Source: Guillardia theta CCMP2712 (taxonomy: Eukaryota > Protista > Cryptophyta). Taken from it: 62,079 bases of DNA. The DNA is taken from the NCBI RefSeq assembly GCF_000315625.1, contig NW_005434516.1:23918-85996 (forward strand), written 5' to 3'. The notes below the pieces were generated by a model. That model saw only the letters and a program-made list of their open reading frames with translations. It did no database searches and had not been told where the DNA came from. Position numbers and translations under genes: made by a program. This document shows positions 28,061-40,019 of the stretch, piece after piece. The first letter of the stretch is position 1. Each line of letters starts with the position of its first letter.

Positions 28061-31000
28061 TCAAACGGAGACCTGAGACATGTCGTTGCCGAACAAGAAC
28101 GATGCTAGCTGACGAATTTTGGAGACTGGGCAGATCTTGGTGAGAATGTCCGCAGGGTTGTATGTAGTAGCAATCTTCACAGCGATGATTTCGTTTTCAT
28201 CCACCATCTGAAGAGTGAACCGATGTCGAATTGCAATATGCTTAAGCTTCGAAAATGCGCGACGGTCCCTCAGCAGATGGATGACCGCTGCATTATCAAC
28301 GAGAATGATTGTTGGGTCACGCTGTACAAACCCCAGTTCAAGCAGGATGGATCGCAGCGTCCGTATCGCCTTCGCACAGTTGGAGCAACTGTACAGCTCG
28401 GCTTCCGTACTCGATAAGCTGACGACCTTCTGCAATTTGCTGGAGAAGTTAACTGGACCTCCGTTAAAAGAAATCACAATCCCTCCTTGAGAACGACGTG
28501 TAATTGGATCTGTTCCCCAGGTGGAATCACTCGCAGCTATCAGAGTGTTGTGATAATGCTGTTGATTGAAGAATGTACCCGATTGGGAGAACGTTAAGCT
28601 CTGTTCACGAGTGTTATAAACGTATTGAGTCAGATGGATTACGGCTTTGGAACTACAACTGGAGAAGGGAGTTGGATCAGAATTGTTCAGCNNNNNNNNN
28701 NNNNNNNNNNNNNNNNNNNNNNNNNNNNNNNNNNNNNNNNNNNNNNNNNNNNNNNNNNNNNNNNNNNNNNNNNNNNNNNNNNNNNNNNNNNCTAGCAGAG
28801 CTTGGTACAGTCGAATTTGCTTCTCATTCAACACCAGATCATCCTCTAGGTGGTAGGAGGAGACATAATCTTGTGGTAAGACGCTTCGCACTGACTTTTG
28901 AGGTATTTCGAATCGCTCAACAATCTGATGGATAAAATGTGTCTGGTTGAGCTCGACAGTGCCTTTAGCCAAGTCTTGTGTTATTTTGACTCCCAGGAAT
29001 GTTCCAGTCGCCTGAGGGGACTCGGAAAATTCAAAATGGTCAGAGAGTTTGAGCAGAAATTCAGACAAGATTGCTTCTGACTGAGAAGCCAGCAAAATAT
29101 CGTCAACGAAGATGGTCCCAATGATTCGATGACCACTGGCATTCTCGTAGACAAAAAGTACCTCGTCGACGCCGACTAGACGACATCCCATCTTCTTCAG
29201 AGTCTTCGTGAAACATTTGAACCAACTCCGCGGGCTGGTTGACAGGCCATACAGGCTTTTCTTCAGACGAAGTAGTCTTCCCCTTGGTAAGGCGAGCTGT
29301 TCTGGAGGTAACATGTAAATTTCCTCGTCGATATCTGCATTCAAAAACGCGGTCGAAATATCTCGCATCGTCAACAACCAGGCGTTTCCAGCGGCAATTG
29401 CACAAATGAGCCTAACGTTCTGGAAATCTGACGTTGGAGCATATACTGGACCATCAGTGGGAACTAGATTGCCCAGGATGACCAACCTCGCCTTAAATTT
29501 CGCAATCTCACCTTCAGTATTGTATTTCAAAGTATACACCCATTGGAATGGAGCGATCTTCGCCTTTCGGTTGCTGGGATAATCCACGTCTTCCCACACT
29601 CCCTTTTCCTTCATACTGTTGAGTTCTTTAAGCTCAGCTTGCAACCATTGGTGTCTTTCTGCGCTCAGCAACATTTGCTTTCTGGTCTTCGGAGCTTGGA
29701 TTCTACCGGTAGTGTCGATCCTGCTGCTGGCCGAATTGTCTGCCGCACTTGTCTGCAATAATTGAACTGTATTTCCCTGAGCTTCTGAGACATCCATGAA
29801 TTTACACATGTAGGCTGTCAGCATTTTGCTGTGAGACGCTTGCTCCGGCCCGACGTTCGTCTGGTTACTGTCGTCCTCGGCAGGCTGAGATATTCCCCTT
29901 GCACAGAAAGAATAGGCCGTTTCTGCCGTCCGGGATTGATTAAACATTCCTGTCAAGGTCGATTGGCTTCCTGACCGTCTAGAACGAATCATTGTGACCA
30001 GATTCACGCGTTCAGAAGTCAGACGTAGTTTCGGGTCCGTTGTAGGAACAATAATCCAATCATTGTCTGAATCGTCATATTTGATTTTCAAGTAAAATGC
30101 CCCGTTTCTGAACACAATCTGCGTTATCGTCGCCGCCCTTGTTCCATATGTTACTTTGCGGTTGACATACTGCCGTTCCATTAAGGTTCGATCCGATCGA
30201 AAATCGCTTCTTGTACGTTTTCTGCCGACTTCGCCGTCCTCGCTTCCCAGCACAGATTCCCCAGCAGTTATCGATTGCTTCTGATCTGCGGACGGTTCAG
30301 GTTGCCAGTCTGCATCGTGTCCATCGTCTTCACTGGACTCTGCCATACTGCCATCCGAGGCTTCCGAGCTGGTTGCTCCATGATCATTCTGAGTTGAGCA
30401 ATGTTCATCCTCCTCGCGCAGTCCACCATACTCCTGTCCTGGGGGTAGATGCAGTCTACTGGTCCTTCTGAAATGAAAGAAGGTCTCATCAAATCTTGCT
30501 TGTCGCGTATGTATCACCTTGTTGGTAGCTGGATTGAATACCAAGTACCCTGGCTGGTAACCCATGTGAGCCTCTGAATTTCCCAGGTTAACAGCAGTAA
30601 TAGCAGGCATATCATTCTTCAATTTCTCCTCGTTGGCAACAAATACCGTACATCCGAATACCTTCAGTTTATCATAGTCGAATTCTCGTCCCTGATAAAG
30701 TTGCCATGGAGAGAGGCCGTCCCGATTCGTCAGGTTGGGTAAACTGTTGAAGATCAGCGTTGCTTGTTGGACGGAGAAGTGCCAGAAGCGCTGCGGGACT
30801 TGTGCTTGGTACGAGATTGCTCGATGGATGGTAGTCACTGTTCGGATCGCCCTCTCTGCTCGACCGTTGGCAGCACTTGTGTAGTCCGGGGTAAAATTCC
30901 AGATAATCCCCTTCATCTTCACGAATGATTGCAACTGTAGGTTTGCGAACTCTGAGCCATTGTCGCTGACTACTGTTATGACTGCTGGTCGGCCTGAACG

Positions 31001-32452
31001 TTCTTCCTGCAAGATCAAACTCTGCATGACTTCCTTAGTTTCGCCTTTTGACGTTAACGGAATCGTAATAATAAATCCACTGTAGGCATCGACGACGACT
31101 AAGAAGTAACGAAATCTTCCTGGCTCCGATACTGTCCCCATGTCTTTCAAATCCACATTCCACTGGCTATTAATCCTTTCGGCTCTGTCTTGTCGGTAAC
31201 CGCCTTGGGTTTTGATAGGTAGCTTTGAGAATTTGCTGGTTTGACAAACGTGACAAGGAGCTGCTGTGCGATGGGTTGAACTGCATGTCACTTTGTTGTT
31301 TCCTTTTGCCAACATCCTTTGAACTCTGCCTGACGTATGCCCAAGTCTCCAGTGCCACAGAATGGTTGGAATTGGGTTGAATGGGGAGGCTGGAATGTCC
31401 TTGCTGCTCAAGGATTTCAGTGATATCTTGTCTTCTTCAGCAGTGGAGGGCTCTGCTGCACACTTTGTCAGTAGGGCCGCTGCCTCAGTATTACGGCTGC
31501 TTGACTGTGCTGCGATGACAAGTGAGTGTCGAGACTTATCAACTGCTGCTTTAAGCACATAGATTCCCTCCCAAAGGTGTACAGGTAACAGTAAGTTATC
31601 TGGCATACGAACCCAAGATCCAGTTGACTTCCCTGACAGTTCCACAGTTGTCTCTTCTCCAAGAAATTGACTCATTGAAAAGATGGTGAGCGGAGTCTCC
31701 GCACAGACCATTGCTGTGATTACGAATGTGTGTGCGATAGTAACATTTCCATTGCTTGTAATTGCACATTGCACTCTCATTTCTCCTTCTTCCTCGCACG
31801 TGAATGTCTCCCCGCTGGCTGTGCTGACAACAGTGGCTTGTAGACTTTTACGCACATTCGTCAATAGAGATCTGTCACCGCAGAGACTGATATTAGCTCC
31901 GGTATCGAGTAGCATATGGTGACAACCCGGTAAGTGTACGTTCAGGAACGCCTTAGCTCTGAGCAATTTTTCGATATCAAGGCAGACGTGCACCCTGCGC
32001 ATAACTCGTCGTACATGAATGTCACCTGATTGAAATGGATTATCTGTATCTGAGGCTTCCTGACAAGAATCCACTTCTTCTCGTTCGCCAAGCCTCTGGC
32101 TCACATTTCTTGTTCTCCTATCCGAGGTTGCTGGTGCCTGACCTATCAAGGCCACATCGTCCACTGCCGATCGACCATCTGTCAGGTACAGGACCCTCCT
32201 CTCATTTGCTTGAGGAGCGGCTTGTCTCCGCGACACTGATACTTCTGTCCGGCTGGAATGATCAGGAGCAAGTCTCTCCATCAGTCGGTCTGTCAAAATA
32301 TCGAGTTTTTCCTCCAGCAATGCAACACGACTGTTGTCATACATACGAGTCCCGGGATCGTGCCTCATGCCCCTAGTCGCATGTCCAGGCCCGTGTCCCC
32401 TCTGTCTTGTCGTGGATTGGTATAAGCTGACTCGCTTATCTCCTGCTGCCAT
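28061..32452 (-). CDS. pol: Copia Pol polyprotein (protease, GAG-pre-integrase, integrase, Tudor-like segment, RT, RNase H); spans an N gap
   Basis: LLDTGA; LWHWRLGH…CHVC; VDL/SDNGSEF/NGRAER; KFKARLV, DISTAFL, LKKSLYGL, FVDD; SDSTWG, SSTEAE, DNAA, KHI, NPADILTK. Confidence 0.95.
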   Translation of the reverse strand: MAAGDKRVSLYQSTTRQRGHGPGHATRGMRHDPGTRMYDNSRVALLEEKLDILTDRLMERLAPDHSSRTEVSVSRRQAAPQANERRVLYLTDGRSAVDDVALIGQAPATSDRRTRNVSQRLGEREEVDSCQEASDTDNPFQSGDIHVRRVMRRVHVCLDIEKLLRAKAFLNVHLPGCHHMLLDTGANISLCGDRSLLTNVRKSLQATVVSTASGETFTCEEEGEMRVQCAITSNGNVTIAHTFVITAMVCAETPLTIFSMSQFLGEETTVELSGKSTGSWVRMPDNLLLPVHLWEGIYVLKAAVDKSRHSLVIAAQSSSRNTEAAALLTKCAAEPSTAEEDKISLKSLSSKDIPASPFNPIPTILWHWRLGHTSGRVQRMLAKGNNKVTCSSTHRTAAPCHVCQTSKFSKLPIKTQGGYRQDRAERINSQWNVDLKDMGTVSEPGRFRYFLVVVDAYSGFIITIPLTSKGETKEVMQSLILQEERSGRPAVITVVSDNGSEFANLQLQSFVKMKGIIWNFTPDYTSAANGRAERAIRTVTTIHRAISYQAQVPQRFWHFSVQQATLIFNSLPNLTNRDGLSPWQLYQGREFDYDKLKVFGCTVFVANEEKLKNDMPAITAVNLGNSEAHMGYQPGYLVFNPATNKVIHTRQARFDETFFHFRRTSRLHLPPGQEYGGLREEDEHCSTQNDHGATSSEASDGSMAESSEDDGHDADWQPEPSADQKQSITAGESVLGSEDGEVGRKRTRSDFRSDRTLMERQYVNRKVTYGTRAATITQIVFRNGAFYLKIKYDDSDNDWIIVPTTDPKLRLTSERVNLVTMIRSRRSGSQSTLTGMFNQSRTAETAYSFCARGISQPAEDDSNQTNVGPEQASHSKMLTAYMCKFMDVSEAQGNTVQLLQTSAADNSASSRIDTTGRIQAPKTRKQMLLSAERHQWLQAELKELNSMKEKGVWEDVDYPSNRKAKIAPFQWVYTLKYNTEGEIAKFKARLVILGNLVPTDGPVYAPTSDFQNVRLICAIAAGNAWLLTMRDISTAFLNADIDEEIYMLPPEQLALPRGRLLRLKKSLYGLSTSPRSWFKCFTKTLKKMGCRLVGVDEVLFVYENASGHRIIGTIFVDDILLASQSEAILSEFLLKLSDHFEFSESPQATGTFLGVKITQDLAKGTVELNQTHFIHQIVERFEIPQKSVRSVLPQDYVSSYHLEDDLVLNEKQIRLYQALLXXXXXXXXXXXXXXXXXXXXXXXXXXXXXXXXXXLNNSDPTPFSSCSSKAVIHLTQYVYNTREQSLTFSQSGTFFNQQHYHNTLIAASDSTWGTDPITRRSQGGIVISFNGGPVNFSSKLQKVVSLSSTEAELYSCSNCAKAIRTLRSILLELGFVQRDPTIILVDNAAVIHLLRDRRAFSKLKHIAIRHRFTLQMVDENEIIAVKIATTYNPADILTKICPVSKIRQLASFLFGNDMSQVSV
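28692..28791. other. Assembly gap (100 N) within the RT/RNase H connection
   Basis: N run. Confidence 1.
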
Positions 32453-32628
32453 CCACGAGTCCTAGGTTCTTGCTGTCTTCTTCATGATTCTCCTACGTCG
32501 TCCTTATTGTAGCTGTTGCTGTCCTCTCCAGGGATGCATTCCGAGGCTCTAAGCATCTGTGCACTTGAGCCACGTCGATTACTTGGCATTGTCTGAGGTG
32601 AAGCTTCCTCCTATCAGGTGCTTCAACA
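32408..32628 (-). repeat. Truncated 5' LTR (221 bp, identical to 26638-26858)
   Basis: Base-by-base identity at offset 5770. Confidence 0.92.
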
Positions 32629-34290
32629 TCAGGTCATACAAGACGCCAGGCGCATTTGATCCTAGTGGCCTGATTATAAAACTCTGCACCTTTAGCCCCA
32701 CCCTCCTTCAACTGTGTGATCAGTGTGCCATGAGTGCCGAGCCTTCGGAGATCGCAGGAGATTCGATGAAAGCGATGCAGAAGGTGTCAAACCAAGAGTG
32801 CATCGCTTGGTCAGCAGCGACTCTAGAAACCTTCTGCAACCCGCCCACTACCAACCTATCACATATCGTCTTAAAGCCTCAGCTGTGTATTCTTATACCA
32901 TAGTCCAACCCAATTGACATTGAAAGGGTGATATTTGGTCTTGAATGCAAGAGTGCAGCCCTTGGGCTGGAATTTCCGTTACTCGTTGTAACCGTCTGAA
33001 TATCTCTGCGTCGGACATGCCAGTCATAGGAGTAAACCGCAGATAGGATCCTACACCCGATCTATTGAGTAAACATATCAGCTAACCTGGTCAAACTTTT
33101 GAAATGGCGTGTTGAACCGTTTGCCGCCATCTCGGGCTGTGGGAAGAGGAGAGCAGGGAAGGAAGCTGAGCTTCGAGGGCCTGTCTGTCACGATCCAATC
33201 AGTGCTTTCATACAGATTGATGACGATCAAGACATATCGTCTCACCAGCAGTACAGTTTGACATAAAGAATGGTCCTTTGCTCTTCTAATGTAGAGGCGT
33301 GTTTCTGCTTGGCTCCTGGTAATTCTTGCAGTGAGATGCTTTGAAGAACCTGGCCCCAAGTTGTTATCCTGGACTACAACCGTGGAATCAGAGTCAACAA
33401 CGAACTCTGAAAGCACAACCCTGAGGATCAGCAACTCAGGAAGCATAAGAAGCTAAAAGAGTCCGATAGGCAAGTCCAACACTGCTTCAAGATCGTGCCA
33501 ACCTGTTGATATGCATCAGCATCAGCATGCATGCAAGGATGCTGTCCCCCGCATTCTCTCTGGAAACGTCTCTATCTACAGCCTGCCAGCACAGAAACTA
33601 AAGGGTCAACCACCCAGAGCATCGTGTTTTCAAAACAGCCATGAGTCATTGAGGTGTGATTGATATCTTATATGAAACTGGTGTTTTTGAAAGAAAAAAA
33701 TTATCTTTCATTCAAGTGTGTACGTCCATAGTGTTGTAAAAGATGAATGCCAAACCAGTCATAACCTGATGAAGGTTTGTAGCTAATTCCTTCCGGTTCT
33801 GTAAATATTGAGTATGTAGTAGTTGAAGTACATCAAAGAAGCGTGTGGCCAAAAGCCAAAAGAGATTCTTATGTCTGCAGAAGAAGAATTGAAGCTCTTG
33901 TATCGAGGCTGAGTTATGGGTCTAGATGAGGAGTTGTCAACACTAACTTCATCGGAATCATTTCTGGGAATCTGATTCACATCGACTCGAGATCAGGGAT
34001 CCCAGCACTAGTCGATTTCGGTACGATGGTATCTTCATGATGCAGCATCATTTCAGAGTTGGGAAAGTGAAGCAATGTTCAGGATGTATTGCAGCTTTGA
34101 AGACATGAGACTGTTTGTAATCGTAATCGCGGGTTTATTTGTTTAGAGATCACGCGTTACAGCATTGAACTCAAAAAAAACAGAAGAAAACAGTCCTACA
34201 TGCAGAACAACAAACGGTGTTGCTGTCCAAACACTCTTAACTCAATGTACATAAGAATAAAAAATACAACTTAACACGCAATGTGATAAT

Positions 34291-34593
34291 TCACCCTTTG
34301 ACGTATGAAGGTTGGGGCTGGCACCCTGTGTTCCTTGACCTGACACTCCTGCTTCTTCCAATCGAAGCACCATCCGAGAATTGAGCCCTCGTATACTTCT
34401 TTTCGTTCATGAACTCAATCACGCTCTCCAGGCTCTCAAAGTCGTCGATCCACGAATCGGAGCTATCGCTTAGGTGAAACTCCGTCATGAGGTTGCTGGT
34501 GGTGGTGACCGGTGCCGTCAGAGGACAGTGTCCGAAGAACTCCTCGAACGCGTCCTTGCATAGAGGCGAGGTCGAGGACTGCATGGCACGCAT
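34291..34593 (-). CDS. Hypothetical protein, CKDAFEEFF family copy B
   Basis: Shares PLCKDAFEEFFGHCPLTAPVTTTSNLMTEFHLS.SSDSWIDDFESLESVIE with copy A; different C-terminus. Confidence 0.5.
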   Translation of the reverse strand: MRAMQSSTSPLCKDAFEEFFGHCPLTAPVTTTSNLMTEFHLSDSSDSWIDDFESLESVIEFMNEKKYTRAQFSDGASIGRSRSVRSRNTGCQPQPSYVKG

Positions 34594-34869
34594 GGCTGAG
34601 TTTGGTGAACCGGGGGAAGCTTGCGGACAAGAACTAGGGAAAGGGGATTTGTAAGGGGAGTGGGAGTGGTCTTAAGATCGTCCTGCCCAAAAAGGCCGAA
34701 GCAGATAAGGTTTATCGTTAACGGACCCTTGATGAATTGTGTAGTAAAGCCTGACATGAGCGGAATGACCCGTACAAGGAGTAAAGCCACCCGGTAAAAG
34801 ATTCGCAGGCAGTCGCTTGCTGACAGTGGACATGCCTACCAACTGATTAAAATGCAACGGTTGGGCATC

Positions 34870-35620
34870 GGACTCCGAGACAGTCGGACCCTGTCACGAG
34901 CCTCTGACAGTCATGAAATTTACCGCAGTGGCTCACGGACTTCCGAAGTTCCTCACGCCGTGCCAGTCACCGCGCCGGATGCGCGTCACGAGCCACACAC
35001 TGACAGCGGGTAACGAGCCCCACAGCGGCGGGGGGGGTACTTTGAGTACTGAGTCAAAAGCGGCTAGCGGGTCACTGCCCGCCGGGTGTGAAAGTTGATA
35101 CCGCATGGTGATTGAACTAACGGTGGGGACAGCAGTTGGCAGGACTCCGATTGGGTTTGGTTCTGAGTCGCTGTCTTTTCAAGCCTCTTCTCGCCGTTTG
35201 GCCTGTGCGACAGTGTCAGGGTCAAGCCTCGGAGGCTCGACTTAACTTAACTTTGGCAAGTTGAGTCACGAAAGAACGTGTCGGTCCTTGCCAAGTCCGA
35301 TCAGCCTGACGGTGTCAGTCGGGCCCGGCCCCGGGCCCGGCCGGGCGCCGGCCGCGCCGCGGGGGGGCCGCTGTGACGGCCCGGCGGCGGTGCAACGGTT
35401 GACTCAGGTCCGATCACTGATAGTTCCGAGTCGGACGGTCACGGTCAATACGGTAGTGCCACGGTCGGACGACGGTCGGATGAACTTTCAAGCTGCCGGA
35501 GGCTTGGCAAGGCTTCCAGTCCGGCCTGACTCACTGAGCCTTTCCGATGTTCTGACTCACAGGCTCGGATGATCCGATCACCGGCCGTGGCACTGAGGCT
35601 CCCGGAGTCCCGGTCGCATT
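34870..35620. promoter_or_regulatory. GC-rich island dense in TGAC/GTCA/ACTC/CCGG words, with ACTTAACTTAACTTT
   Basis: Composition and motif at about 35240; lies upstream of the 34593 gene. Confidence 0.45.
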
Positions 35621-36747
35621 CCATTGGGTTCTCAACTGGATTTTATTCCGTCTCGGCGGGGTCTTTTTCTACCTGGATTTTTCTTAATGAATAGGTTTTG
35701 GATTTCAAAGTGAAAATTTTCCTTGAAATGTTTTACTTCTGTCAAACCACGCCATTTCAAATTGTGGGATCCTGCCAGCACCGTGCCATTTCTAGAATTT
35801 AAACGTTGTACAGAATGTACCAATGTTGTACACGGTGTCAGTTTGGGAGACTCACGTTCAAGCAGATCGCGCCCTGTGGGCACCATGTTGTGAGATGAAT
35901 ACATCATTGTGATGACAAGAACATCTTTTGATGCCAAATTTGACCAGATTTGAATGTATCATGTGGGAAAACGACTGCATTTCCTTTAAGCAGAGTGTTT
36001 TGAGGATGATGCATATCATGTTGCAATAAGAATTTTGTGGAAAGGAAATATTTGAATCTCAGTTCGTTGAGTTGCGTGTAAATGCAAATATGCTTTGAAG
36101 CATTGTGAGCATAGTTGTAACTGTGCATTGACTTGTAAGGTACGCATTCAAATTTGCATGCTCACGCTATCCAATAATTGTGTGACTTTCCTTGTCATAC
36201 TTGCACTGAAACACCTCAATTCTGATGTTCCAAAGCCCTGATCAGCTGTTTTCACACTTTCAGAAGGGAAACATGAAAGGAATCGATGAGAGAGGCAACC
36301 TTCGAAGACATAAAGGAAATGCGATTCTCCTTATTGCGATGACGGCCTAGCTTCCTGTACCAGAATGCTTCGTCGGTTGTATATGAAACATATTTCAAGA
36401 GACTTGCTGGTGCTTTGCCATGATTGCGTTTTTTGAGGCTTCTCCCAACGCATTCCACAACAGTTTGAGTCTTGTGAAATGCTCTCAACAGCCAGTGGCA
36501 TGGCGGTTGTAACATGTCATTGGAGTTTGAGAGGCTGGGGGAGGAGAGATGAGGGGAGGGGGGAGGGGGGAAGGAGAGGGGATAGGAGGGGTTGGAAGGA
36601 AAAGCGAAGCCTGGGAATTATTGATATGCTGATCGCGAGAGACTGGGAGATGCCAGAGGAGAGACGGTTCACTCAAGACCACTAGCGAGGAAGGGAGGAG
36701 GGCTTGGAGGAGAGGCGAGGAAGGAGAAAGCTTCGGGTAGAGGCGGT

Positions 36748-39089
36748 TTACTTGATACCACTAGCGAGGAAGGGATGCCTCAGAGCCTCCTGTGCAGTCA
36801 TCCTCGTGCGGGCATCGATATCGAGGCAGCGGCGTTTGAGGAAGTCCCAGATCGCATGTTTCTCCTCCACCACCAGCCAGCCCTTGCCTCCCGCTTTCGC
36901 GCTCAGGGAGCTTGATAAGGTCAGGGCATAGCTGAGATGCCGTTCGAATGGTAGCATCCCCAGGCTTCCCGCCACCATATCACCCTCATCCTCATCCTCA
37001 TCCTCATCCTCATCCTCATCCTCATCCTCATGATACAACAACAACAACAACAACAACAATACCAACAACAACAATTTTACTTCAGCGTCGAGCTTGCATT
37101 CTTCGATGACATCTCTGATCTTATCTCTGTACTGACCCGTTTACCCATAGTTGTGCTTCCACTCAGCGTCCATGCTCTTGATGTGCATGCGCAAGCTGCA
37201 GTGCTCAGACCATACAGTCAGACCAGCGCACTTACTTACACAACGAGTGTACCAGTAGATCTCCATGACCGCCATGTTGTCATGTACAGACAAACAAACA
37301 AACAAACAGTACGGACAAACGAACAAACAAACAGAACGGACAAACGAACAAACGAACAGTACGGACAAACGAACAAACAAACAGTACGGACAAACGAACA
37401 AACAAACAGTACGGACAAACGAACGAACGAACAGTACGGACAAACAAACAAACGAACAGTACGGACAAACAAACAAACGAACAGTACGGACAAACAAACA
37501 AACGAACAGTACGGACAAACAAACAAACGAACAGTACGGACAAACAAACAAACGAACAGTACGGACAAACAAACAAACGAACAGTACGGACAAACAAACA
37601 AACGAACAGTACGGACAAACAAACAAACGAACAGTACGGACAAACAAACAAACATTCCCTTCAAATTTCAAAGTGTTAGCAAATATTTTGGATGTGTGAA
37701 ATCAGATTGGTTACATTTTATAATCAGACGCAATGGGTCGGGCACACATGTCGCGCCAACGATGATTGTTTCCTGGGGTTGCAACACGCATAAGCCCACA
37801 ATCAGCTGCGTTGAGAGGCATCGAGACTAGAAGAAATGGAGATAATATGTCCTCCAATGAAAACATTGACTTTCAAGATGTGCCACCTTCCAGTTTACAT
37901 AAACCCCTGATCTTGAAGATTCAAAGTTCCTTCCTATCTCAACTTCAGAGTTCGATTGAAGTTCGATGGACAAATAGCACCCTGGGCTTACGGGTTCTTT
38001 TAACTCCTGGTTGTTGAATCCGCTATCATGAAGATCACGGTGATCTATGCCAGGTTGTTCACAAGTGCGTTTCTGCTTGGCAACAAATAGCAACGCTTAG
38101 CAGATGTGATTGTTTACACATCCTCATTGTCATCCCTATTGTGATCAGTAGAGTTTCAATTATCTTTGGTGAAAATTCAAACCTTGTTGCCAACATGATT
38201 CATTTAGGATCCTGGCACCTCTGTTTCGATTTGCATGCAACATCATTCTATTTGTTTGCATCTCCTTCTTTTGATGAGTGTATCTCAGAGTGTTATACGG
38301 TCTACTGTGACATCCTCCCGAAGTTCCTCCTGTCCTTTGCGTGCTTTGTGTTCTGTGAGCCGCTACTACCAGGACAATGCTGCTTCAGAGCTGTTGTATA
38401 CAAGGGACCACAGTAATCACCATCATGGTGAAGAATCTTTTATTTGTTGGCAAATAAACAAATAAACAATCTTCAGAAACTGTTGTTACGCAGATTCAAG
38501 TTTGCATGACTGATACAGCCTCTGCCTACTCTATATATCGCTTGATCCCTGGTATCACAGCCTAGATGTCAAACATGCAATACTATCTCGGAGTGTGCAA
38601 GACACTTTCCTGAAATTGCATGGTTGGAGCAAATGCGAGACAGGATTTGCAGAGAGAATAAGCATTTGCACGGGTTGTCATGAAACATGCTTCATCAACA
38701 TCATCGGCAATGCCGCAGTAACACGATGATACGATTCACTGCCGTGATTATCAGCGTAGAAAGGAATCTCATATCGACACGTCTGAAGCAAGCATCTGAT
38801 ACAAACGATTATCTTCTTAAAACTCTAAATATCGCCAACCATATCATGTACCTGCCATTGTCCAATCAGCACATCTACAGTGTTCCCGATGCAACTCACT
38901 GGCCACATGGGTTTGTGCCACGAAGGATACCGTAGACCATGAGACAGAGAGAAACACAAGGTAGACACTATTTCGTATGATGTTTTTGCTTACCATCACA
39001 GTTTCAAAATACATGCTGAGATCGGCTGTTGCTATGCCATCTTCTGTCCATTCTGAAATTACACTTGAACATTTTGAATGAATCGTCAT
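36748..39089 (-). CDS. Ser/Thr protein kinase-like (CDC7/CK2-like C-lobe), multi-exon; 5' extent uncertain
   Basis: Subdomain XI WDFLKRRCLDIDARTRMTAQEALRHPFL*; catalytic-loop exons were not confidently resolved. Confidence 0.5.
37286..37653. repeat. 25-bp minisatellite (ACAGTACGGACAAACAAACAAACGA), about 14 copies
   Basis: Seen directly. Confidence 0.95.
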
Positions 39090-40019
39090 TGTGCAAGAAT
39101 TTGAATTTTTTGCTCAGCTTTAACATCATCTTCGGCCTAAGCTAAGTGATCTAAGTGGTCTTAGTGCAATTTGAGGCAGCGTGGTAATGATAGAGATGTT
39201 GCATTGGCTTTATGTTGAGGAAGAGATGTTGAGTTCAAATCTCTTGCTACTTCTTGAATTTCACAGAAGAGACCAAGTCATCACAAATAGACAAGTAACC
39301 GTATCTTCGTTTCCTGCATATCAATGCATGGTTGGATTCGAAGTCTCACATTGTTCATTATCGTCCTTACGCGCGTCAATGGGACAATCTCACCATCTCT
39401 TGTTCGTCGAGGGAGGGGGGGGCTGGAGTGGAGACAAATGGGGGGACCCCCTACCCATCATTTTCCCATTTGAAATTCAGAGACTGGGGGGTAGAGGGTG
39501 AACCTTGGTCAAATTCGAACCGTAAAACTCGCAACGCTCGAGAGTGTGACCCACCCTACGCGACAAGGAGGTTTGGAGTGGAAATAATGGGGTCAAAGGC
39601 GTGGCGATTCAAACCCACATCGCGGCCACCCCCCTCGAGTATAAGACTCTAGCTCAGGTGGGTGCTGTTTGACCACGCGTTCGAATCCTAACGGCAATCG
39701 AAGAGATTGCTTTTCAGCGTCAATTCCACTACCAGAATGCCCAAGACTTTTATGATTCTCGCCCACTCCTGAATTCAGACTACCTACCCTGACTTCATCT
39801 CTTCTGAAACATACGGGTGGTGTCACAGTGTAGAGGTGATAGTCGAGGGAGCTCTGCCAGCCCACGGGAAATGCTGACATTGACAGTACAAACTTAGTAC
39901 GGAGGGGAAAAGGGGATCCTGATACAAAAATCCTTGAACCCGGTAAAACTCAATTATACCTCGGTACAAACAGGCTAGCCTGGTACCGTGAAACAAATCC
40001 AGTCGAGAACCCAATGGAA

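Larger units (their letters stand above)
25935..32628 (-). mobile_element. Ty1/copia LTR retrotransposon, internally deleted (truncated 5' LTR, no PBS, most of gag missing)
   Basis: TSD TCAGG at 25930-25934 and 32629-32633; termini TGTTGAAG…CTTCAACA; PPT (aagggaggg on minus) at 26859-26867; Pol order PR-IN-RT-RH. Confidence 0.93.

Noticed and set aside
26638-32628. Element defined by two 221-bp LTRs
   Set aside because: The TSD and inverted terminus lie at 25930-25942, so the real LTR is 924 bp and the 5' copy is truncated
32634-33980. Short ORFs right of the retrotransposon, considered as gag or an interrupted host gene
   Set aside because: They lie outside the TSD and show no recognisable motifs
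37030-37830. Repeat-protein ORFs in six frames
   Set aside because: Produced by a stop-free 25-bp minisatellite
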